Program-made: the position numbers and the translations under genes
DNA from: Candidatus Latescibacterota bacterium
GTDB lineage: Bacteria; Latescibacterota; UBA2968; UBA8231
Length of the DNA: 64,000 nt
Reading direction: 5' to 3'
Assembly (NCBI GenBank): GCA_965219385.1
Contig: CBDCNM010000001.1
Location: 670,631-734,630, forward strand
The notes under the pieces: generated by a model
The model's database searches: none
The model's input: only the letters and a program-made list of their open reading frames with translations
Told to the model about the DNA's origin: nothing
Shown here: positions 31,587 through 44,082 of the stretch, one piece after another
How the letters are laid out: each line of letters starts with the position of its first letter
How positions within the stretch are numbered: the first letter of the stretch is position 1

Positions 31587-32774
31587 ATGGATGGATTGCT
31601 GGCAGGGGTCCGGGTCGTGGATCTGACCAGGGTGCTGGCAGGCCCCTATGCCTCGATGATCCTGGCCGATCTGGGCGCCGAGGTGATAAAGATAGAGCTG
31701 CCGGGACAAGGGGATGAGGCCCGTGGGTTCGGGCCTTTTCAAAACGGCGAGAGCGCTTATTTCACCAGTATCAACCGGGGCAAAAAAAGTGTGACCGTGG
31801 ACCTGCGGACTCCCAGAGGTCGGGAATTGGTCCAGGGCCTGGTCGGGCGGTGCGATGTGCTGATCGAAAACTTCCGGCCGGGAAGCATGAAGCGTTTCGG
31901 ACTGGACTACGAAAGCCTGCACCAAGCCTATCCGCGTCTGGTGTACGCTTCGGTCTCCGGCTTCGGGCAGACCGGACCTTACGCCCAGCGGCCGGCCTAC
32001 GATGTGATCATCCAGGCCATGGGCGGGATTGCCAGCATTACCGGCGCTCCAGGAGGTGCTCCGGTTCGGGTGGGGTCGTCTATCGGCGATTTGAGCGCGG
32101 CCCTGTTCGGCGTGATCGGCATCCTGGCCGCCCTCAACCAGGCGCAGAAAAGCGGGCAGGGGCAGCAGGTGGATATCTCCATGCTGGATTGCCAGGTGGC
32201 GCTTTTGGAAAACGCCATTGCCCGCTACTACGTCGCTGGCGAAATCCCCGGTCCCCTCGGTTCGCGCCACCCGGCCATCACGCCCTTCCAGTTTTTCGAA
32301 GCCGCGGACGGGTACGTGGTAATCGCCGCGGGCAACGACACCTTGTGGAAGCGGTTGTGCGAGGCCATGGGAACTCCAGAGCTGGTGGAAGATCCGCGCT
32401 TTGATACCAATGCCCGGCGCACGGAAAATCAGGACGCCCTCGAAGTTTTGCTCGCCGCGGCCCTGGGAAAAAAGACGGTGGCCGAATGGGAGGAGGTGCT
32501 GGGGCAGGCAGGGGTCCCCTGCGGGCCGCTCCACAATATCGAACAGGTGGTAGGCGATGAGCAGGTGCGGGCGCGGCGGATGATCGCCGAGTTGCACCAT
32601 CCCAGGGCCGGCACCCAGGCCATGCCCAATTCGCCCCTCAAGTTTTCGGAGACGCCGGTTGAGCTAAGGGAACCGGCGCCCTTGTTGGGCCAGCACACCG
32701 GGGAGGTGCTCGAGGGCTTGCTGGGGCTGTCGGGGCAGGCATTGGAGCAGTTGCGTCAGGAGGGGATTATCTGA
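31587..32774 (+). CDS. CoA-transferase family III (CaiB/BaiF)
   Basis: LAGPY...LADLGAEVIKIE, NRGKKS, ENFRPG, SGFGQTGP and AYD motifs. Confidence 0.94.
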   Translation: MDGLLAGVRVVDLTRVLAGPYASMILADLGAEVIKIELPGQGDEARGFGPFQNGESAYFTSINRGKKSVTVDLRTPRGRELVQGLVGRCDVLIENFRPGSMKRFGLDYESLHQAYPRLVYASVSGFGQTGPYAQRPAYDVIIQAMGGIASITGAPGGAPVRVGSSIGDLSAALFGVIGILAALNQAQKSGQGQQVDISMLDCQVALLENAIARYYVAGEIPGPLGSRHPAITPFQFFEAADGYVVIAAGNDTLWKRLCEAMGTPELVEDPRFDTNARRTENQDALEVLLAAALGKKTVAEWEEVLGQAGVPCGPLHNIEQVVGDEQVRARRMIAELHHPRAGTQAMPNSPLKFSETPVELREPAPLLGQHTGEVLEGLLGLSGQALEQLRQEGII

Positions 32775-32779
32775 TCGAG

Positions 32780-33500
32780 GTTTTAATGTGCCAACGCGTC
32801 CTTTTAAGATAGCCACATGAATAGCCGAATTACCGACACCGTCCCTTCCATTTGCATCGGCCCCAGCGTCGACCAGAATCTGGAGGATCTCCGGATTGCC
32901 TTGGCGGATAGCCTCATGAAGAGGCGTCCTAAGAAAGAGGCCCGTGGGGTTCACAGTCTCCCCGGCTTGAACCAGACGTTTCACGCTCTCTACATCCCCG
33001 CGGTGGACTGCTTGGGAGAGGCTCAACTCTGCGTTGGCAGAGGGGGCCGCGATCGCGAGGATCTTTTCCTCGGCTCAGAACCGGATGCGCCCGCCCAGAA
33101 TCGCGCTTGGGCGACTGTGCCGGTCAAATCGCACATTGATCACGGGGCTGAACGCCATTCCGTCCATTCCGGGATTCGGGATGGGCTCCCGGGAGTCTCT
33201 CCTTACTATAGCACCGACGAGGACAACAGGCCGTTGCTGACTGGAGACGCTATCACAGCCCAATCCCCCAATACGGATCATCATTCCCAGACAGTATGGC
33301 ATAGGCTAGACCCCAGCCGGCACTGATCAGGACCCCGCGCATCTTGTAGGTTCGAGTTCCGAAGCTTTGTTCGAGCCGCTCGATTTCACTGAGGGTGACA
33401 CGCCGGAATCCCCCCTTCGGGAGGGCGAGGTCAAACCCTCCCTGGTCAGCTTCCGTGACGGTACCGATCATCTTGCTGTTGGTGTTTCTTAGTTAGGCAT
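32780..33500 (-). pseudogene. Fragmented gene(s) ending in ankyrin repeats
   Basis: AGGAG RBS and ATG at 33500 followed by an immediate stop; broken frames 33253-33471 and 33075-33302; ankyrin segments (TPLHEAIRQGNPEILQILVDAGADAN, GNSAIHVAI). Confidence 0.55.
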
Positions 33501-34086
33501 CTCGGGTTCTCCTTTTTGTATGATTCGCTTTTTTTAAAAAAAGGCCCAAATCATAAAAAATAGTTGTTTTCGGTTCGGCATAATATTAATCTTGACTCCT
33601 TCGTATAAACCCCATTTTGAGGATGTTCAGCGATTCAGCACATTAGAGTGCTACTATATATTGGCCAAATAAGCCGCCTTGATTCAGGCCATCGCATCGA
33701 GCTGCCCTCCAGCACGACGGTGACCTGCCGCGACTTACCGGTCATCCAGGGAGAAAACCGCATCGGCGTGGCGCTCGACCGGATCGAGGGTCGGGACTGC
33801 CTGCGCATCCAGGGGATCGAGCTGGTGATCGCCTATTCCTGAGCCTGACCTGACCAGGAATGCAGGGTAGCACGAATGCGAACAGCCCGCCGCGTCTGCA
33901 GCGGGGTCCCCTTGAGGGGTATGGCCATCGAAAAACCGGGCGGCCATACCTTGCACCATTGCCTATCCTGCGGGAATATACCTGCGCTGCCACCTGAGGC
34001 AGTTCGCCCGGCAATCGGGAAGCCGTGAGAGCCGACCTCCGCCGGGCACCGGGTTACCAAACCAACCTGCAAAGGAAGCGAACACG

Positions 34087-35308
34087 ATGACCAACGCGAA
34101 GATACTGATCGTCGACGGCGACGAATCCGGGGCCGTGCACATCGAAGCATGCCTGGAAAGCCTGGGATACACGGTGTGTGCCGTGGTTTCCTGCGGGGCC
34201 GAGGCCATTGAAAAAGCCGCGGCCCCGCGTCCCGACCTGGCCCTGGTTGATCTCGGGCTGGAAGGGAAGCTCACCGGCCCGGAAACAGCCGAGCGGATCG
34301 GCAGCCGGTTCGACGTTCCGGTGGTCTACCTGACCGGCGAAGCCGGGGAAGACCTGCTGCAACGGGCGCAGGAGACCGCCCCCTTCGGCTACGTGCCGAG
34401 GCCGTTCGACCAGCGCCAACTGCTACCTGACCATCCTGACCGCCCTCTCCCTGCACGAGAGGGAAAGCAGGCACCGGGGACGGAGACCCGTCTGAAGCGG
34501 ATCGTCAGGAAGTACAAAGGCCTCGCCCGGTTCCTGAAAGCCATGTTCGACAGCATGAGCGAGGGCGTGATCGCCTTCGACGAGAACATGATGCCCTTTT
34601 TCTACAATTCGAGCGTGCTGCGGATGGGCGGCGACCCGAGGGAAAAGGACATCCATAAATGGGCCGAAAAATACGGCATCTTCAAACCCGGTGGAAAAAC
34701 GCTTTTCACCGTGGAGGATCTGCCGCTGATCCCTGCCCTGAAAGGCAAGGCCCCCGACGAGATCGAGCTGTTCATACGCAACGAGCAGAAGCCGGAAGGC
34801 TTTCATCTCAGCCTCCGCTGCAGTCCCCTGCCGGATGGAGCGGGTGTTGCGAAGGGGGCATGGTCGTCATCCGCGACGTCACCCGGGTCAAGCGGGCCGA
34901 GGCCGAGCTGGAAAAGACCATGGGGGAGCTGCGCTACCAGAGCGAGCTCATGGAGACCACCTTCTCAAGAATTCGCTCGAAGCGATCGACGATCTCGCCG
35001 CGGCGGGGGGACTCGACGAAACGCCGCGCATCCGGATCAGGGCCCGCGCCGGGGAGGAATCCCTCGACCTCGAGGTGGCCGACAATGGCATCGGCATCGG
35101 CAACAAGGACACCAGGGAGCTTTTCTCCCCCGGCTACACGACGAAAGAGTCGGGGAGCGGGCTCGGCCTCCATTCGGCGACCAATTTCGTCATTGGCCTC
35201 GGAGGGCGCATTCAGCCCTTGAGCGCGGGCACCGGAAAGGGAACGACCATGCGCGTGACGCTGCCGCTTTCCTCGATCGCCCCCCACCCGACAGCGGGAA
35301 CCGATTAG
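34087..35308 (+). pseudogene. Decayed REC-PAS-HATPase hybrid sensor kinase
   Basis: REC (KILIVD, PDLALVDL, PVVYLT), PAS (FDSMSEGVIAFD), frameshift near 34858, HATPase boxes (KNSLEAI, DNGIG, GYTTKESGSGLGL) in another frame; HisKA region missing. Confidence 0.8.
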
Positions 35309-35499
35309 CTGGAAACCGGTCCGCTGCGCCCGTTGCCGGCCCTTCGCGACCGCCCCCCCGCCGGACCATCCACCCCCGTCCCGCCACCCCCGCTCATGCG
35401 ACTCCGCCGCTGCGGCGAACCCTCGTCAGCGGGTCCTTCTCCCCGGCGCGGATCGGGGATGTGATTCCCCCCCGGCCGCTGCGCCCGAACCCACTTCCA

Positions 35500-35541
35500 C
35501 TGTGTAGCAAAACGCGCCTTGCGTTTCAAATTGCTACACAG
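35500..35541. promoter_or_regulatory. Inverted repeat, candidate enhancer (UAS) for a sigma54 activator
   Basis: CTGTGTAGCAA-N20-TTGCTACACAG, a perfect 11-bp inverted repeat ~200 bp upstream of a -24/-12 promoter. Confidence 0.55.
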
Positions 35542-35733
35542 CCTCAGTCCCGTCCTCATGTTTTTTACATAACTCCTTCGTAGACATCCAGTTATAGCTT
35601 TCGTCAAAACGCAAAAGCGGCGCCCGGCGGCTTGCGACAGAGTCATTTTGAAACACTTCGAGAGAAAACCAGTCGTTGCCGAATGGTATTCTAACTCCTT
35701 TATCTACAATAATTTGTACCTATTACGAAAAAG

Positions 35734-35750
35734 TGGCACGAATTTTGCAT
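35734..35750 (+). promoter_or_regulatory. sigma54 -24/-12 promoter
   Basis: TGGCACGAATTTTGCAT, matching TGGCAC-N5-TTGCA. Confidence 0.8.
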
Positions 35751-35882
35751 AAACTAAGAAAGAGCGGCCCGAGTTCCGCGCTGGCGAGGCGGCCGCCCGC
35801 CGTGCGCGTGGCCGTTGATTCTCGCGGGGACCGCCGCTGCCGCATCGGCCACCGCGAAACGCCCGGAAAGGACGCCAACGAG

Positions 35883-36064
35883 TTGACCAACGCCAGGATA
35901 CTGATCGTGATCGTCGACGGACGAGGGCGCCGTGTTCGACAGCATGAGCGAGGCCGTGCTCGCCGTCAGCGACGACGGCACGCCCGTGGTCTTCAACGGA
36001 CCATGTGCGTGACGCTGCCGCTTTCCTCGGTCGCTCCCCACGCAACGGCGGGAGAACGGCAGCG

Positions 36065-36068
<4 letters not shown>
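35883..36068 (+). pseudogene. Collapsed paralog of the 34087-35308 kinase (only start, PAS start and C-terminus retained)
   Basis: Three short blocks match 34087-34118, ~34543-34580 and ~35246-35300 in order; its stop overlaps the ATG of the activator. Confidence 0.75.
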
Positions 36069-37978
<1,910 letters not shown>

Positions 37979-38095
37979 GCCGGGCGCCAGCGGCCAGTCA
38001 ACCGGTCTTCACAGAAAGGAGAGGTTGCCATGAGCTTGAAGCGGCATTCACACGCCGGGTTTCGGCGTACACCTTTAAAGAACAGGAGGGCCAGG

Positions 38096-39862
38096 ATGTT
38101 GAAGAGAACCGGAATACTCTGTTGGAAGAAGCTGCGCTTGCCCGCGGCCGCGCCGCGGTCCGGGATGTCGAGGGGGGCCGTGCTGGCGGGCGCCGCCTTC
38201 GTCCTCTCCTCGATAGCCGGCGCCGCCTTCGCTCAATCGGCCGGAGACGACCCCGTGAACATCTGCAACCGCACCTCCCAGGTGCGCGAGGCGATTCTCG
38301 CCAGGCTGTCCGGGGTCAATGACTGCGCTGCGGTCACCACCGCGAACCTCCGCAGCATTGATGGCGAGATGAATCTCCACGACAAGGGCATCACTTCCCT
38401 CAAGTCCGGGGACTTCTCCGGAATGAACCGGCTGGAGTTCCTGAAGCTGTCCGGGAACGAGCTGAGCACCCTCCCGGCGGGCGTGTTCGACGGCCTTTCC
38501 TCCGTGCGCGAGCTGTCCCTGGAGACCAACGACCTGACCTCGCTGCCCGCCGGCGCCTTCAGGGGCCTCACCGGGCCGCTGTGGATCAAGCTGGACAACA
38601 ACGAATTCAGCGCGTTTCCAGGGGCAGCGCTGGACGACCTCGGCCCCAACCTCACGGGCCTCTACCTGGGCTACAACGACATCGCCTCGCTGCCCGCCGG
38701 CGCCTTCGAGGATTTCGAGCAGCTCAGGACGATCAACCTGGAGAACAACGACCTGACCTCGCTGCCCGGCGGCATCTTCGACGACCTCGGCACCCTGAAA
38801 TACCTGTACCTCGGCAGCAACGACATCGCCTCGCTGTCCGCCGGCGTCTTCGACGACCTCGGCGGTCTCCTGAAGCTGTATCTCACCAACAACGAGCTGA
38901 CCGCCCTGCCCGGTGGCGTCTTCGACCATCTCGACGATCTGGAAGACCTGGACCTGGGCGACAACGAGCTGACCTCGCTGCCGGACGGCGTATTCGACGA
39001 CCTGGAAGACCTGAAGAGGTTGTACCTGAAAGGCAACGACCTAACCGCCCTGCCGGACGGTGTGTTCGAGGGCCTCTCGAAGCTGACCCGGCTGTTCCTG
39101 GATGGCTTCACCTTGATCCCCGGGCTGCTGCTGGCGGACGAGGGCGTCGCGGTGAGGGTCGCGGAGGGCGCGCCCTTTGCGATGGACGTGACCCTGTCGG
39201 CGGAGGGCGCCGGTCTGGCAAGCACGGCGGCAACCATCCCGGCCGGCGCCACAACCAGCGGGGCGATTGCGGTTACGCTGAGCGGCGGGGGGTCGGCGCG
39301 GGGCACGATCACGGTGGAGTCAGCCGCGTTCCCAAGCGACCTGGACCCGGACCACTACGAGGGCCTTGCGATCCACGCCGGCGCCGGCCTGATCCTGACG
39401 CGGGGATCCGGGGGACTGCAAGGGGAAACGGTGCCGGCGCCGGAACTCCCGCCGGATCCCGACGAGGACACGACTCTGTCCGTTATCACCTCGATCGCCT
39501 TCACCAGCGATCCGGGGCAGGACGACACCTACGCCGCCGGCAACTTGATCGAGGTGACGGTGACCTTCAGCGAGGAGGTGCGCGTGACCGGAAGGCCGCA
39601 ACTGGAGCTGGACTTCGACGGCGTGGCCAAAGTGGCGACGTACCGCGGTGGAACGGCCACAACGGCGGTCTTCAGATACCGGGTGAGGGAGGCCGACACG
39701 GACGCCGACGGCATCGCCATCGGCGCGAACAAGCTGAGCCTGGACCGCGCCTCCATCTGGGACATGGGCGTGCCCGGGAACAGGGCCGACGTGACCCACG
39801 ACGCGGTGCCCGCCGACCCCGGCCACAAGGTGAGCGCTCCGAACCGAATCGGCGGGCTGTAA
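38096..39862 (+). CDS. Secreted leucine-rich-repeat protein with C-terminal beta-sandwich (alternative start 38030)
   Basis: Signal peptide (AAFA-Q), Cys N-cap (ICNRT...DCAAV), about ten 24-aa LxxLxLxxNxLxxLPxGxFxxL repeats, C-terminal VTVTFSEEVRVTGRPQLEL domain. Confidence 0.88.
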   Translation: MLKRTGILCWKKLRLPAAAPRSGMSRGAVLAGAAFVLSSIAGAAFAQSAGDDPVNICNRTSQVREAILARLSGVNDCAAVTTANLRSIDGEMNLHDKGITSLKSGDFSGMNRLEFLKLSGNELSTLPAGVFDGLSSVRELSLETNDLTSLPAGAFRGLTGPLWIKLDNNEFSAFPGAALDDLGPNLTGLYLGYNDIASLPAGAFEDFEQLRTINLENNDLTSLPGGIFDDLGTLKYLYLGSNDIASLSAGVFDDLGGLLKLYLTNNELTALPGGVFDHLDDLEDLDLGDNELTSLPDGVFDDLEDLKRLYLKGNDLTALPDGVFEGLSKLTRLFLDGFTLIPGLLLADEGVAVRVAEGAPFAMDVTLSAEGAGLASTAATIPAGATTSGAIAVTLSGGGSARGTITVESAAFPSDLDPDHYEGLAIHAGAGLILTRGSGGLQGETVPAPELPPDPDEDTTLSVITSIAFTSDPGQDDTYAAGNLIEVTVTFSEEVRVTGRPQLELDFDGVAKVATYRGGTATTAVFRYRVREADTDADGIAIGANKLSLDRASIWDMGVPGNRADVTHDAVPADPGHKVSAPNRIGGL

Positions 39863-39947
39863 AGGCAGCAAGCCGTCAAGGCGCCGGCGAGGCGTCCCGT
39901 AAGGAATCGCTTCTTCATCTTCAACCTGCTCGAAAGGAGCAAATCAC

Positions 39948-40865
39948 ATGGCACATCGAAAATCGATCAAACAGTCGATCGCGGCGCTGGCGGTCCTGGC
40001 CCCCGTGCTGCTGGCTGCCTGCGGAGACAAAGGCCGGGACACCGCCAGCGGGCCGTCGCGCGACCAAGCGGAGGCGCCCTCTCCGGCCGTTTCGGCGCAG
40101 GCCGAGAACACCCGGTCCTTCGTCGACGCCGCCATCGCCCGCTACGAGTCGGAAGGTCTCGAAGCCACCCTGGCCTACTACAACCGGGAGGAGAGCGTCG
40201 AGGGCCAGTGGTACGTGTTCGTCATCGACGCCAACGACCTGGTCATCGCCCATCCCGACTCCGGCCGCCTGGGGCTGGACCTGAAGGGCTGGGTCGGGAC
40301 CGACGCCAACGGTTACCACTTCGGGCCGGAGATGCTGGCGGCCACGGAGGAGGGCAAGTGGGTCTCCTACGTCTACCAGAACCCCGAAAACGGGCGCATC
40401 GGCTCGGGAGATTTCAGCGACCTGGAACTCAAGAACGCATGGGTGGCGCGGCGCGACGGACTGCTGTTCGCCTCGGGCTGGTACATCGACGCCGACGAGT
40501 TCACCAAGTCCCTGGTGGCCACCGCCGCCCGCGTGTTCGGTGAAGTAGGGCTGGAGGGGACCATCGCCTACTTCGCCAGCCCCGAGATTGCTTTTGGGGG
40601 ACTGGCTGCGGTCATCGCCTACTACAACAGCGCCGAGAACGTCGAAGGGGAGTGGTTCGCGTTCATAGCCGACGAAAGCGGCACGATCATAGACCACTAC
40701 CGCAAGGAGATGGTTGGAAAGAGCCTTGAAGAGGTGCTCGGCACGGATGTCGAGGCCACCGCAGAAGGCATCTGGGTGACCACGGAAGACGTGCGCGTCT
40801 GGGTCCTCGGCCAGGACGGGATGACCTTCGGCTCCGGCTGGCGCCAGGACGAATCGGGCAGCTGA
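39948..40865 (+). CDS. Stand-alone Cache-domain lipoprotein
   Basis: LAAC lipobox; YVFVIDANDLVIAHP, GKWVSYVY and FASGWY Cache-like motifs, repeated. Confidence 0.75.
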   Translation: MAHRKSIKQSIAALAVLAPVLLAACGDKGRDTASGPSRDQAEAPSPAVSAQAENTRSFVDAAIARYESEGLEATLAYYNREESVEGQWYVFVIDANDLVIAHPDSGRLGLDLKGWVGTDANGYHFGPEMLAATEEGKWVSYVYQNPENGRIGSGDFSDLELKNAWVARRDGLLFASGWYIDADEFTKSLVATAARVFGEVGLEGTIAYFASPEIAFGGLAAVIAYYNSAENVEGEWFAFIADESGTIIDHYRKEMVGKSLEEVLGTDVEATAEGIWVTTEDVRVWVLGQDGMTFGSGWRQDESGS

Positions 40866-40971
40866 GGGAGAGGCGACCGCTGCCGGCCGGGTCCCAGGAC
40901 CGAAGGCATCCTGCCCTCGACATTGCCTTCTTGAGAACCCCCATTTGCCATCCATGAAAGGAGACGTTCCC

Positions 40972-42990
40972 ATGCATTTGAAATCGACCGACGTCGACCG
41001 GAACGGGCAACCGCCCCCGGCACAGCGATTCCTCGGCCTCGCCGCGGCCTCGCTCGTCATCGTCCCACCGGCCTCCGCGGACGACGCGACCATCTGGTCC
41101 GCCACGCTGTCGGTGAAAATCCTCACTCTCAACAATAACATCTTCGGTTGTTCCAACGATTACCCTTTTAATGCGCGGTGCAGCAACTCCAATGTTCTAT
41201 CCGACGACGACTTCAGCTTGCACGGTACGACTTACGAAATCACGAAGATGGAAGACGACGACAGCGGGACCAGCCGCGAGCTGAAACTGACTCTGAATTC
41301 CGCCCTTCCCGCGAACGTGCTCGGCATTCTGACCCTGAACGTGGGCAATACCGCGCTGGCCTTCGAGGACGCCAGCGTCAGTTCCAATTCCAAGCGTTTT
41401 ACCTGGCCGTCCAGCTTCTCCTGGTCCTCGGGCAACAACGTGGCACTCAGCATCACGGGTCCGGCCGTCACCGGGACGCTCGAGACGTTCCACACGTTGG
41501 AGAAGCGAAGCGGACGCTTCAGCTACCGCTTCGACCTCAAGCTGAGCGAACCCATCTGGATTCCTTTCCGTGACATGCGCGACCACGCCTTCGACGTCAC
41601 GAACGGGACCGTCGTGAAAGCGAAGCGCATCGACAAGAGCCGGCGGCTCCACAACGGCCGGTGGCGGACGTTCAGCAACCATTGGCGCATGACGGTCAAT
41701 CCGGCCGACGAGGACGACGTCGTCTCCGTCTCGCTCTCGTCGAAACCCTGCAGCGAGCGGGGCGCGCTGTGTACGGCGGACGGCGGGGGACTCCTGGAAA
41801 AAGAAGTGACGTTCGACTTCCCGGCGTTCAAGGACCTCGGCGTCTCGATCGCGGACGCCAAAGGGGACGAGGACGACGGCCGCATCACTTTCGAGGTCAC
41901 GCTCTCGCGCTCCTCGGACTTCTACGTGGAGGTGGACTGGAAGACCACAACGGAAGGGACGGCCACCGAAGGAACGGACTTCCGAAAACGCAAAGGCATG
42001 ATCGTCTTCGTGCCAGGGACCACCACAGAGCAGCTACAGGTCGGGCTGATCGACGACGACTTCGACGACGACGGTGAGACGGTGGTCGTCCAGCTCACCG
42101 AGGCGCGGCTGGTCGATCCGTTCAGCTCGAAGGACTATGAGCGCTTGGTCACCCTTGCGGACGACAAGGCAGAGGGCACGATCGACAACGCCGACGCCCT
42201 GCCGCGAGCACTGCTGGCGCGGTTTGGGCGGACGGCGGCGGTGCAGGTGGTGGAGCAGGTGGAGGAGCGGCTGGAGGCGCCGCGGGAACCGGGCTTCCAG
42301 GGCCGGTTCGCGGGCCGGGAGCTGCGGCGCGGCATGGAGCGCGACATCGCGCTCGACTTCCTGCGGCATCTCGACGGGCCTGCCGGCACCGGTCCCGGTG
42401 GGCACCGCTTCGCCGATGGGCAGGGCGGCCGGGCCGACGGCGGGTTCAGCGGCGGCCGACTCCTGCGGATAGGACTCGGGGGCGGCGACGTGCTGAGCGG
42501 CTCGGCGTTCACGCTCAACCGCGAGACGCGCCAGGGCGGCATTCTCTCGTTCTGGAGCCACGGGGCACAGTCGCACTTCGCGGGCCCCGAGGGGGCGCTG
42601 TCGCTGGGCGGGGATGTGCGGACGACGATGTTCGGGGCCGACTACGCGAAGGGGCCGCTGGTGACGGGACTGTCGCTGTCGCACAGCCGGGCCTCGTTGG
42701 TGACGGGCCTGTACCCCTGGCTCGGCTACAAGGCGACCGAGCGCGTCGCGGTTGTGGGGCGTGGTGGGGTGCGGGTCGGGGCGGGCTGCTGCTGAGCCGC
42801 AGGTCGGACCGACGCTGGAGTCGGGCCTGTCGATGGCGATGGCGGCGGTCGGGACGCGGGGCGAGCTGGTGGCCGGCGGCGCGAGCGGCTTCGGGTTGGC
42901 GTTCAAGGCCGATGGGCTGTGGGTCGGCGCCGCCATCGACAGCGTGGACGGCCCGGCCGGCCGCCTGAAGGCGACCGGGGCGGCGGTGAC
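40972..42990 (+). pseudogene. Calx-beta-containing autotransporter-like surface protein, frameshifted and truncated in the barrel
   Basis: Calx-beta segment (FEVTLS...TATEGTDF...DDDFDDDGETVVVQL), linker LLARFGRTAA, barrel strands (TTMFGADY, GLYPWLGY); frame breaks near 42750, continues as ESGLSMAMAAVGTRGEL and stops near 42990. Confidence 0.7.
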
Positions 42991-43003
42991 TTTGAATTTC
43001 GCG

Positions 43004-43019
43004 TGGCACACGGATTGCG
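43004..43019 (+). promoter_or_regulatory. sigma54 -24/-12 promoter
   Basis: TGGCACACGGATTGCG, followed by a GGAGG RBS and ATG 43072. Confidence 0.6.
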
Positions 43020-43092
43020 ATGAGCGTAAGAATGGCATGGGAGTTGCTGTAAATAAATGGGAGGTTTGACTATGAAGGCTGCTGTGAAAGAT

Positions 43093-43365
43093 TCAAGGGT
43101 CCATGGTCCAACGGATCACGTCTCGGAAGTAACGGATCTCCCCATCAAACCCGTTTTTAGTGGGGATCGGTATATCCTTAAGAGCATCGCTACTTTTACC
43201 GCTCCGGTCCATCCTAACTATTTCCGCAGGGGGCTGAAGTTTTTGAAACAAAAGCTCCCTAAGATCGGCGTCCATATGTTCAATCAAGAAATGAAGGACT
43301 GACCGGATGGCGATGATCCGGCCTTCCAGTCGTTCAATCTGCTCTCTTTCGCTTAATGGTTCCAT
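43093..43365 (-). CDS. Hypothetical protein (90 aa)
   Basis: GGAGGAG RBS upstream and helical protein-like composition; no recognisable family. Confidence 0.45.
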   Translation of the reverse strand: MEPLSEREQIERLEGRIIAIRSVLHFLIEHMDADLRELLFQKLQPPAEIVRMDRSGKSSDALKDIPIPTKNGFDGEIRYFRDVIRWTMDP

Positions 43366-43654
43366 CGGGCTCCTCCATCTTCTTGGGCGCCCAAGCCTGT
43401 TTTAAACTATATAAGAACTTGGGCGGCTTACGTCAAATCACTTGCGCCTCCATTTCTTCCATTCCTTTTCCAGGGACTCAAGTGTTTTATGTAGATTCAC
43501 TCCTTTTCGATATTTCAATCCGCTCCTGCGCCTACTTTATACCTCGCTTAATCTCCCCCCACGTGACGCCGGTCCGCACCGTCGGGATGGGGTCGTCTGC
43601 CAATCGCACAGGTTCAAAAGAGATTTCGGCTTCCCATCGTTCCACTTTTGCAAA

Positions 43655-43905
43655 AGGCACCCCTTCAACGCCGGCACCGTCATCCCTACCGCCTGGCCGC
43701 GCCCGGCCCGGTGCGCCTGGAGATTTACAACATCCTCGGGCAGTCCATACGCACGCTGGTGGATGAAGCACAGGAGGCCGGCTTCTATAAGGTACACTGG
43801 GACGGGCGCGATCGGCGCGGCGTGATCGTGGCAGCAGGGGTGTATCTGGTGCACCTGCACTATCCCGGTGGGGTGCAGACCCGGCGCCTGCTCGTCCTCA
43901 AGTAG
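43655..43905 (+). pseudogene. Orphan FlgD-like/T9SS-type C-terminal sorting domain fragment
   Basis: YRLAAPGPVRLEIYNILGQSIRTLVD...WDGRD...AAGVYLVHL with no upstream protein body. Confidence 0.7.
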
Positions 43906-43990
43906 GCCCTGCCCACCGGCAAAGCGCCCGAAAGCGCGCGGCACGGCCCCCCCGTCCAGGACAGACACCACATCGTGCCGGCAAAGCCGG

Positions 43991-44019
43991 TTGCCCGATC
44001 AAGATCAAGTCCGTATATT
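43991..44019 (+). promoter_or_regulatory. Putative sigma70 promoter of the coiled-coil gene, copy 1
   Basis: TTGCCC-17 bp-TATATT, 64 bp upstream of ATG 44083. Confidence 0.5.
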
Positions 44020-44082
44020 TCCGTAGGCGACGTTCACCGTCGCAGTTGTACACCACGCTAACACGCACTGTTCAAGGTCAGG

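Noticed and set aside
33648..33842. 64-aa ORF as a functional gene
   Set aside because: It looks like an isolated C-terminal fragment with no convincing start or family assignment.
33960..34060. Cobalamin-riboswitch-like words (GCCAC..., CGGGAAG)
   Set aside because: The conserved 5' core is missing and the downstream gene is unrelated to B12.
34087..35583. 498-aa intact response regulator as called in the ORF track
   Set aside because: After about 34858 the frame is non-protein-like and the real kinase continuation is in other frames, so it is a pseudogene.
38380..39100. CRISPR-like periodic repeats
   Set aside because: The 72-bp periodicity is in-frame LRR coding sequence with degenerate codons; there are no unique spacers or cas genes.
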